A stretch of 30,008 nt of DNA, from positions 1 through 30,008 of the IMG/VR virus record IMGVR_UViG_3300030372_005657; one strand, given 5' to 3'. Below, piece after piece: positions 1 through 7,146 of this stretch. The notes under the pieces were generated by a model. That model was not told where the DNA came from, ran no database searches, and saw nothing but the letters and a program-made list of their open reading frames with translations. Positions within the stretch are counted from its first letter, which is position 1, and every line of letters begins with the position of its first letter. Source of the stretch: a virus (lineage: Duplodnaviria; Caudoviricetes). A program made the translations under genes and the position numbers.

Positions 1-2
1 TG

Positions 3-100
3 AGCTCCTTTACAGCATCCAAGATATCCAGCATAATCTCGTATTTAACTTCATTGCTCATATCATATCCGCCAAATCAAGTAGTGATATATTCGGGAAG
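3..100. repeat. Terminal direct repeat copy 1 (98 bp, identical to 29911-30008); circular assembly overlap
   Basis: agctcctttacagc...attcgggaag occurs at both ends; the gene junction (chaperone stop / tape-measure ATG) is continuous across it. Confidence 0.97.
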
Positions 101-264
101 ATCATGTCTTTTTTTCGTTTCCCTTTTTTCAATATGCCTTTTACTCGGTCCGATCTTGCAGATACACATTTAAAACACATCATTAAATCATTCCAGGATA
201 GTTTGGCAATCTCACACGGCAAAACGCCATAAGTTCGACCTATTATATCGTATAGGTGTACCAA
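58..264 (-). CDS. Tail assembly chaperone, C-terminal 'T' segment (probably reached by frameshift)
   Basis: Lies between chaperone G and tape measure; TTG start without a good RBS; frame is open back across the G stop; its TGA overlaps the tape-measure ATG (ATGA at 61-58). Confidence 0.7.
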   Translation of the reverse strand: MVHLYDIIGRTYGVLPCEIAKLSWNDLMMCFKCVSARSDRVKGILKKGKRKKDMIFPNISLLDLADMI

Positions 265-268
265 CTGC

Positions 269-781
269 TCATCTTTGCAGAAAGGATTTGAGCCGTTCGC
301 TCGCCTCCTTATGCCCCTTCATGGCACGGTCAAGTATCTTCTTACGGTCTTCAGCAAGCAACATACCTATCCACAAACGATTTCGCTTTGCATCTTGCTG
401 TTCGATAGCATCAACTAAAATAAGTGGTTCCCAATTCGAACCATCTTTGCTGCAACGCTTCACACATTTGATTATGAGCTGGTCTTCTTTTACGCTCATT
501 TCTTCCAACATGCGAGGGTTGATCGAATTCGCCAGACTTAATAACATTTCTATATTCTGCGTATCGCCATCTTGAGCAGCCTCAGCAGCCTTTTGCATAC
601 GATCTATCTCGGCTTGGTTCTTTCCCTTTATTACTTGAGAGGCCAACAACGCAGATGCAAGCCCGGCAGACTCGACTTCTGCCGGACTCAATATGCGTCC
701 TTCTATTTTTAGGGCCCCATCAAAAATAATCATTTGAAACTTAGCTGCATTTGCGATCTCCTTGAGAATGTCACCACTCAT
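269..781 (-). CDS. Tail assembly chaperone (G-like)
   Basis: Position immediately after tail tube and before tape measure; helical 170 aa; AAGGAGG RBS. Confidence 0.75.
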   Translation of the reverse strand: MSGDILKEIANAAKFQMIIFDGALKIEGRILSPAEVESAGLASALLASQVIKGKNQAEIDRMQKAAEAAQDGDTQNIEMLLSLANSINPRMLEEMSVKEDQLIIKCVKRCSKDGSNWEPLILVDAIEQQDAKRNRLWIGMLLAEDRKKILDRAMKGHKEASERLKSFLQR

Positions 782-806
782 CGCAAAACCTCCTTTTTTA
801 TTGGTT

Positions 807-1748
807 TTAGTTACTTACACCACTTGCATTGTCATTGGTCATTTCTATTCGAATGGCTTCATTTGATCCACTTGTGAGCCCATAAAACGTTGCAGTTCGT
901 TCGATTCTACCGAATGAATTAATATCATCACTGTACTCTGTGATCTCTGCATTGCGTATCAAGATATTAAAACTATCGGAACCATTTGTAAATGTTACCT
1001 CTACGTTTGATGCTGTACCAGCGATCTGTGCATTATACAAATTGTTGTCTTCCAAGTCGAATGTAGCGGTCAATGTCACTTCTCTAACATCTGATATTTG
1101 AGGTTGTGACGTGAGTTTGGAACCAAGATAATTAACTCGCTCTAATTTATTATCAAGAGTCAATTCCAGGGAACGCATTTTGTATGCTGCACTGTTATAA
1201 CTCAATGTAGAACATTGAAAATGAAATATCTGTGCGCCATCTCCAAATCCACCAGCACCAAGAGCACTGCCTCGTGCAGATGCAGTTTCTCCAATAACCT
1301 CAAAACTCGCACGGCCCTCTTCTCCAGTTTCACAAGAAAGCGTCATAGTTGAAATCATACAACCCTCAAATTGCTCGCTTGAGCCGGTTCCTCTTTGTAC
1401 TGCAATCGTCAAACTGGGTAATGTTGCCGATGGTGTAAATGTATGCAAATAGGGCCCTGAGCCAGTTGTCGCCACGGAGCCCATTGCTGCTTTTAAAAGC
1501 AATCCTAATCCCTTATAGGTTAATGGAGTCTCTATTGTTCCTCCGGCAATTTCGAAGCCATCAAAGGTGTTGACCGCAAACGCAGCAGCAGATTGTGATA
1601 GGTGCGTTGTTCTCTCTCTCTCTTGGCTGCGTGCCATGGATACTGAGAATACACGATTGTTCACGCCAAATGGTGAACCATTTGCAGTGCCGTATGAGCT
1701 CTCTTCGTTGAGTGCTATGTATGCCGTTCTTCCAAACTGTAATGCCAT
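807..1748 (-). CDS. Major tail tube protein
   Basis: N-terminal 'ALNEESSYGT', 'YLHTFTP..TLPSLTI', 'FEGC.I..MTLS', 'ELTLDNKL' typical of siphovirus tube proteins; S/T/G-rich 313 aa; GGAG RBS. Confidence 0.85.
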   Translation of the reverse strand: MALQFGRTAYIALNEESSYGTANGSPFGVNNRVFSVSMARSQERERTTHLSQSAAAFAVNTFDGFEIAGGTIETPLTYKGLGLLLKAAMGSVATTGSGPYLHTFTPSATLPSLTIAVQRGTGSSEQFEGCMISTMTLSCETGEEGRASFEVIGETASARGSALGAGGFGDGAQIFHFQCSTLSYNSAAYKMRSLELTLDNKLERVNYLGSKLTSQPQISDVREVTLTATFDLEDNNLYNAQIAGTASNVEVTFTNGSDSFNILIRNAEITEYSDDINSFGRIERTATFYGLTSGSNEAIRIEMTNDNASGVSN

Positions 1749-1757
1749 TTCTTTCTC

Positions 1758-2522
1758 CTATGATGTTGGTAATTGGTTACGTACCTGTACAAGGCACCTT
1801 ATGTCAATCGATTGGCCTGTGCTTGTCGTTACCGTAACCATAAAAGCATAATCTGTGTCATCAGATCCGCCCTTTGCTCTCGCCTTTATAAAGCCAGGAA
1901 TGAATCTTGTATCAGCAAATTCATATCGAGCACTCGAGTCCGTACCACTTGAATCTAAACTCTGTACAGTTACATAATTAATACCTTCATAATCTGTACG
2001 GCTCGCATACGGTGAAAGCATCGATCTAAACAAACCAGAAATAGAAAAATAAACATCGATTATGTCATCGGTACTTTTCACAATAGACTGAAGCGGCTGT
2101 GCTGTTGCAGGCCTATTCAATGGCTGACGCACCACAAAACCACCAGCCTGCGAAATGTCGATATAAGCATTGATGGCATCTGCAATCGTTACAGTAGCAC
2201 TTGGATCGCTGCTTTGATCTGGATTTTGAAAATACAGATATATAAAATTAATCGCTTGTGTTTTTACACTGTGACTATCAATATTAAGGACTAGCGTTCT
2301 TGTGGGCAAACTGGCCCCGGCTGCACGCTCAAAAGATAGCAGATTGCCATCCACATCCACAGGCACAATGTCAAAGAAGTCAGAGCGTATATTATCCCAG
2401 AATACATCCCATGCCTTGGGAATTGTCAGCGTGATATCCTTGTTCTGTTGAGAACCATCGCCACTTAACGCATCGATCGATACTGGTTGCCGTTGCTTGT
2501 AATTTGAATCGTACCAAGTCAT
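1758..2522 (-). CDS. Virion structural protein: DUF2341-like N-terminus plus fibre/tail-adaptor-like C-terminus
   Basis: 'WYDSNYKQRQPVSID...DIVPVDVDGNLLSFE...IYLYFQNP' resembles DUF2341-type domains; 'KGGSDDTDYAFMVTVTTSTGQ' resembles small phage adaptor domains; inside the tail operon. Confidence 0.55.
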   Translation of the reverse strand: MTWYDSNYKQRQPVSIDALSGDGSQQNKDITLTIPKAWDVFWDNIRSDFFDIVPVDVDGNLLSFERAAGASLPTRTLVLNIDSHSVKTQAINFIYLYFQNPDQSSDPSATVTIADAINAYIDISQAGGFVVRQPLNRPATAQPLQSIVKSTDDIIDVYFSISGLFRSMLSPYASRTDYEGINYVTVQSLDSSGTDSSARYEFADTRFIPGFIKARAKGGSDDTDYAFMVTVTTSTGQSIDIRCLVQVRNQLPTS

Positions 2523-2974
2523 GAGCCTGTGTCCGTTTGGTAAAATACTTCTATTTGAATATAACTAATGCCCATTCCTTCTATACCATATTTATCGCCA
2601 TCTTCTGCTGTAAATGCACATTTTATGTCATCAACAATAGATGGTAAACCCAATTGGCGATCAGCCGTAAGGGCCTTGATCATGTCACTGGCAAGATCCA
2701 TAGCATTCAATGTCCTATCACTTACACTGCTTCCAGCAACAAAACCGTACACCTCGAAATTTGCCGTTATTCTGTACCGCCCCATAGTTTGCCCATAATC
2801 AGAAGTACTCTGTAGAAAAACTACACATCCATAAGGTATATAAGGAGGTTCGATTATTGCACCAATAACAACACTGTTGCTCAGGTCAAGTCCACTCGTT
2901 TCACCTGAATAACTCACTGCCACTTTTGCTTTGATAGCATCGGCGATTTGACGTATTTTTGAATCAGCCATCAA
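2519..2974 (-). CDS. Tail terminator / tail completion protein
   Basis: Size 151 aa, position after gp10-like gene, 'IRQIADAIKA' N-terminal helix and 'ALTADRQLG' motif. Confidence 0.7.
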   Translation of the reverse strand: MMADSKIRQIADAIKAKVAVSYSGETSGLDLSNSVVIGAIIEPPYIPYGCVVFLQSTSDYGQTMGRYRITANFEVYGFVAGSSVSDRTLNAMDLASDMIKALTADRQLGLPSIVDDIKCAFTAEDGDKYGIEGMGISYIQIEVFYQTDTGS

Positions 2975-3363
2975 TTCGCCTGTAGCGATATAGAGAACAA
3001 GTCTTGCAATTCCTTATCAACAGTCTTTAATGCGCTGTCTATTCCTCGTTTCATGAAAAGTCGAGGCTTCATTTTTCTTGTTCCAAATTCAACATATTTT
3101 GCATACAAAACAGGACTGCCGCCACTACTGCCTCCAGCTCGGAGCAATGCTCGGGGGTTGCCATCTTTTGCATCTACAAGTCCAGTGATAGAAGAACGCA
3201 AAAGCCCTTCTCTGACTTTGGGGTAATCCGTTGCATTCTTCTTGGCTTCCCGTTCAGCTTTTAAAGCCAGGATTAATAACTTTTTCCGTAAAGTCTTTAA
3301 AAGACTCCGGTCGGCTTTATCTATCCGGTTTATAAAATCATCAAATGTTAATTGTTTGGACAT
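2971..3363 (-). CDS. HK97 gp10-like neck/tail component
   Basis: 'PKVREGLLRSSI' and 'YAKYVEFGTRKMKPRLFMKRG' family signature. Confidence 0.88.
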   Translation of the reverse strand: MSKQLTFDDFINRIDKADRSLLKTLRKKLLILALKAEREAKKNATDYPKVREGLLRSSITGLVDAKDGNPRALLRAGGSSGGSPVLYAKYVEFGTRKMKPRLFMKRGIDSALKTVDKELQDLFSISLQAN

Positions 3364-3369
3364 AACAAT

Positions 3370-3978
3370 TCACATAATCTGTTGTGGTGCTCTGAATGGA
3401 GCAAGAAATTCTTTTACTTCTTTGGGCATACTTTTTGGCGATATACTCACGGTTGCAGCCCGTTGTGTGATAGAGTCTTTGCCTTGAGTCGCTTTGTTTC
3501 GATGCAGTTGGCTAGCCCAAACACAAACCGCATGCTCTAGGTCTGCGGGAAGTGTGGAATAACCACAGTTTGCCACAACTTTTATAGCCCTAAAACCACG
3601 GTCAAAACCATCACTGGCATTGACTGGGTCAAGTATCGCCTGGCCCAATAAACTATCAAGTTCATAATCATCACTTGATAACAGTGTGTCACCAGTATAT
3701 TGTCTATTGACATCACTGTGTATCGATGTGATTGAGTTTACTGGCCTAATCGGCAACTGCAAAACAGCTATATTGCCGAAAGTAGGCCCATTTAAATAGA
3801 AGGTATAGGTCGCAGCCAAAAGCTGTGGATCACTCGATGCATCCGGCTTTACCCAGCCAAAATAACGAGCGATCGCACATTCTATTCTTTCCAGGAGATT
3901 AGTGAGGTCGGTATCAGCACCGGCCCCAGTAACCTCTGGTAGATAGGTTTTCAAAGTTGTGGCCGATACCATTGCCAT
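3370..3978 (-). CDS. Head-tail adaptor (HK97 gp6 / phiE125 gp8-like)
   Basis: 'LKTYL...DTDLTNLL..IE.AI.RYFG', 'LQLPIRPVNSITSI', 'GYSTLPADLEHAV', C-terminal 'PKEVKEFLAPFR'. Confidence 0.85.
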   Translation of the reverse strand: MAMVSATTLKTYLPEVTGAGADTDLTNLLERIECAIARYFGWVKPDASSDPQLLAATYTFYLNGPTFGNIAVLQLPIRPVNSITSIHSDVNRQYTGDTLLSSDDYELDSLLGQAILDPVNASDGFDRGFRAIKVVANCGYSTLPADLEHAVCVWASQLHRNKATQGKDSITQRAATVSISPKSMPKEVKEFLAPFRAPQQIM

Positions 3979-3981
3979 AGA

Positions 3982-4353
3982 TTAAACCGATCGTGCTGGC
4001 TCGAATACCAGAAGTATTTCTACGTCAGCATCAACTCCACTTGCATTTTGAGCAGCGGTAAACTTTATCTCGCCAAGGTCCTCAAAGTCAAGTGCGGGAC
4101 CGCCCGACAATGCCAATGATTCTGATACACCTACAGCAAGACTAGATCCGCCAGAACTGTTGGTTGTGCGAGATGCAAGCGTTGTCGATCCATTTATAAT
4201 TGAGATCGTCACGTAGTTTGCAGCATGCGCTGTGCTGTTTTCCAAAGGCACCAAGCGAACTTCTTTAAGCGTCATCTTTCGGTAGGTCGGTAGATAATGA
4301 GTAACCGAGCCACCCGATGCAACATCGATTCTTTGTTGTAATAATAATTCCAT
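3982..4353 (-). CDS. Putative capsid decoration/cement protein
   Basis: 123 aa, beta-rich and S/G/T-rich, directly after the major capsid gene; function inferred from position. Confidence 0.5.
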   Translation of the reverse strand: MELLLQQRIDVASGGSVTHYLPTYRKMTLKEVRLVPLENSTAHAANYVTISIINGSTTLASRTTNSSGGSSLAVGVSESLALSGGPALDFEDLGEIKFTAAQNASGVDADVEILLVFEPARSV

Positions 4354-4367
4354 TTTTCAAACCTCAA

Positions 4368-5852
4368 TTAGCTAGTGATGTTTCGTTGATAACAAACATT
4401 CTTGGTCGCATCCAAGTCAAGTGTATCGAGCGTGGCTCGTCGTGTAGCAACGAGCTCGGTAGCCCCGACATCGATCTTGCGTTGGCTCTCAACCAAAATG
4501 CCACGGCGCTCGAAGATTCGCCATGAATTTGTATGTACCAGAAGAAGCCCTGTTTTATTCTTAGATCCACTATTCAAAAATAGCCCATCAGTTTCCAGGT
4601 CTGCGCCCATAAAACGAGATGCAATAATAGGTATTCCAGCCAATGATGCAAGTTGTCCAGTCTTCACTGTTGCTTGTGGCCCGAATTTTTCAAGCGTTAC
4701 AACTTGGTCAAGTCCAATCAAATGCTTAATGATAGCTTCTGGTGAGGTTACACAAATAAGGTCCATCATTCCGATCTCACCAAGCTGCGATCGTGCTTCC
4801 AAGAAGTGAGCAAATGTGTATGTTACAGCACCTTGGTTATGTTCACAAGAACGATCCAAAGCAGCAGCACGCAAACCAATAAAGCCACGTCTGTGATCAC
4901 TTGATCCGCCCAAAGCAGGAGAAGTACCCCATCGTTCTCTAATGTTCCAATTAGCGATGTCATCTTGATGAGTCGCAGTTGAGTCACCGTTGAGCAAAGC
5001 ATCTTCCATTGCATCGTTCAAATCCATCACAATCTGTCTTTGTAGTGTGGGGATCGCCAATACAGCGGAGTCTTCAGCAGCTTGGTCATCGATAACATAG
5101 CGAGCAGCAAGGCCGCTCATTGTGATTGACTTCTGGCTTGTACTGATAGTTGAGGGTGTGTATTGTGCTGGGTTATCACTGGTAACGCTTCCCTTGAGGT
5201 AAGGTCGGCCGCCACGGCTCATTCTAGGCACTAGAATAGTGTTTCGTTCTACCTCTTGACGCTGCATATTATCAGCAACTACCCTCGGCAGTTGAATTTG
5301 ATCTTCCAAGTTGTAGTAAAGTTCAGAAGCAAATTGATCTGGAATCCACTCTGCGCCGACGCCAGCGGAGTCATTGAACGCTTTTTGTATGGCACTTTTC
5401 ATGAACCTAGGAGCCTTTTGTAGGTGTTTCCAAAGCTTAAGGTCACTCTTTGGTGTGTGTGGAGTGGACATCAACATGCGGGTGAATGCACGGTCTCTAT
5501 TCATGCGAATCAAATCAGCGTGCCATTGGTTTACTGGCTCGGAGGCATCGAGTAATCCTTCTACTTCGGTTTTGATCGTTCCTCGTCCAGTTACCGCAAT
5601 ATCAATATTTTTGCTTTTCCAGCGGACACCTTCTGTATCTACAAAGTGACGTAGTTCTGTCTCGTCTTTGTTCGCATGGTCAAAGTCTCGAATAACAGTT
5701 TGTGACTCCTGGATAAGACGTTGCGCCTTTTTCAAGTCATCTACCTGCTTCTCAAATTGAGTCAGCTTTTGTTCTGAATTTCTTTGGTGCGTTCGAATAC
5801 CATCTAATATTTTTTTGGCTTCGGCGACCATTGCACGATCGTTACTACTCAT
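4368..5852 (-). CDS. Major capsid protein, HK97 fold with long N-terminal delta domain
   Basis: Coiled-coil N-terminus, 'GVGAEWIPDQF', 'EDALLNGD', 'GQLASLAGIPIIAS'; start placed at ATG 5852 (GAGGA 8 nt upstream) rather than 5867. Confidence 0.92.
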   Translation of the reverse strand: MSSNDRAMVAEAKKILDGIRTHQRNSEQKLTQFEKQVDDLKKAQRLIQESQTVIRDFDHANKDETELRHFVDTEGVRWKSKNIDIAVTGRGTIKTEVEGLLDASEPVNQWHADLIRMNRDRAFTRMLMSTPHTPKSDLKLWKHLQKAPRFMKSAIQKAFNDSAGVGAEWIPDQFASELYYNLEDQIQLPRVVADNMQRQEVERNTILVPRMSRGGRPYLKGSVTSDNPAQYTPSTISTSQKSITMSGLAARYVIDDQAAEDSAVLAIPTLQRQIVMDLNDAMEDALLNGDSTATHQDDIANWNIRERWGTSPALGGSSDHRRGFIGLRAAALDRSCEHNQGAVTYTFAHFLEARSQLGEIGMMDLICVTSPEAIIKHLIGLDQVVTLEKFGPQATVKTGQLASLAGIPIIASRFMGADLETDGLFLNSGSKNKTGLLLVHTNSWRIFERRGILVESQRKIDVGATELVATRRATLDTLDLDATKNVCYQRNITS

Positions 5853-6636
5853 CGCATTTTTCCTCATCGGTGAAGAGCGCTAAAAATTCACGCTCAATGG
5901 TTGTTAAAAAGTGTTTCTCTTTATCATCATCATCATCATCTTCCATGGCCATATCTTCCATGTCTTCATCTTCTTTGGCCTTGGTGTGTTCTTCTGATTC
6001 ATCATCATGATAAAGTTCATCTTCTGGTAGTTCTTCTGGCTCTTCCTCTTTCCGTTCATCTTCATGCATGAGGTATGTTACGATAACTCGGTCGCCTTCC
6101 ATTTCTACGTCTACAATATGCTTGAGCCTGGATACTTTAAACGTCCGGCCGTTACCTATAAAGTTTTTCGCTGCCACAGCTTCTCCGTTTGCGGGTATGG
6201 TTACTATTGATATCTCCAAAAGCTCGGCACGCTCGAAGTATTCACCTCTTGCTGCATGATATGGATTATCTTTTGATAACATACTGCGTGGTGTGCTATC
6301 GATCGGGTTGAATCCTACTGATACAGCGCTCATAAAACCACCTTTGGTTTTGCGTGCAACTTCCGCAGCGATCGGGTCATTCATGTCAAACTCAATGTCT
6401 ACCATTAATTTGCCATCTATAACATCGACATCGCCACGTCCTATCGGTAGTTGATTTGCATTATGGTTTAAAAGTATGACAGGGTTTTTGCGGTACTTTT
6501 CCAGTGACCAGCCATTCTGGTTAATGACATCGCCATAGCGATCGGGGCTTGACGTCGATGCGATGAAAGAAACCAACTTCTTATCGTCATCATTGCCCGC
6601 CTTTACGATCTCGGCATCTATTGATCTATACTGCAT
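5845..6636 (-). CDS. HK97-family prohead protease with acidic C-terminal tail
   Basis: 'ASTSSPDRYGDVI', 'NPVILLNH', 'AVSVGF', 'LLEISIVTIPAN'; start ATG 6636 after GGAG. Confidence 0.93.
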   Translation of the reverse strand: MQYRSIDAEIVKAGNDDDKKLVSFIASTSSPDRYGDVINQNGWSLEKYRKNPVILLNHNANQLPIGRGDVDVIDGKLMVDIEFDMNDPIAAEVARKTKGGFMSAVSVGFNPIDSTPRSMLSKDNPYHAARGEYFERAELLEISIVTIPANGEAVAAKNFIGNGRTFKVSRLKHIVDVEMEGDRVIVTYLMHEDERKEEEPEELPEDELYHDDESEEHTKAKEDEDMEDMAMEDDDDDDKEKHFLTTIEREFLALFTDEEKCDE

Positions 6637-6654
6637 GCGCACTCCACTTACTAT

Positions 6655-6683
6655 TTTATACAGTTAAAAAACAATAATTGCAA
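6655..6683 (-). promoter_or_regulatory. Putative sigma70 promoter for the protease-capsid-tail operon
   Basis: TTGCAA-17 bp-TATAAA on the minus strand upstream of the protease RBS. Confidence 0.5.
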
Positions 6684-6720
6684 GAATAATAACAATTACA
6701 AGAACAATAACAATTACAAT
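6667..6720. repeat. Three imperfect 18-bp tandem repeats
   Basis: aaaaacaataattgcaag / aataataacaattacaag / aacaataacaattacaat. Confidence 0.8.
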
Positions 6721-6723
6721 ATT

Positions 6724-7146
6724 TCATTTACGTTTAAAAAATAACTCTGTACACTCTGTTCTTTCTTCATCTTTAAAAGATTCGCATGCACCTTGAATCG
6801 CCTTTGTGTTTGCCACGTTACTTATTTCTGAGCAATCCTGTTGGGACGTCGCAGCATCGATACCACGCTGCTGCATGCGACAGAACATTTCTCTGCATAA
6901 AAGTTCATCTTTTGCTTCTATGAACTCTTTACTGCATGGTTCTACCAACAAATCAAGGTCGATCAGTTCCTTCTGTACCTCGGTTTGTCCTTTGGCAACT
7001 TCATCACCGCCAACAGCAATAACAACTGGTTCTTGTATTGGAGGGGGTTTTGTGGCTTGCTGTATTCCAATGGTTCCACCGATACCAACGGCCAAACCAA
7101 TAACTGCTGCGATAATTAAACTCGTCATGTCATTCACCTTAATCAT
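6724..7146 (-). CDS. Hypothetical membrane-anchored/exported Cys-rich protein
   Basis: N-terminal hydrophobic segment 'LIIAAVIGLAVGIGGTIGI', Pro-rich linker, six Cys; true start may be the second Met. Confidence 0.7.
   Translation of the reverse strand: MIKVNDMTSLIIAAVIGLAVGIGGTIGIQQATKPPPIQEPVVIAVGGDEVAKGQTEVQKELIDLDLLVEPCSKEFIEAKDELLCREMFCRMQQRGIDAATSQQDCSEISNVANTKAIQGACESFKDEERTECTELFFKRK

Noticed and set aside
1-100. Terminal repeat as a biological DTR
   Set aside because: It falls across a gene junction and its ~100-bp length fits an assembler overlap; real termini need read data
785-808. aaaacc...ggtttt inverted repeat over the chaperone RBS
   Set aside because: Short AT-rich stem with a long loop; too weak to call
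5920-6070. (TCA)n and TCTTC repeats
   Set aside because: They simply encode the Asp/Glu-rich tail of the protease
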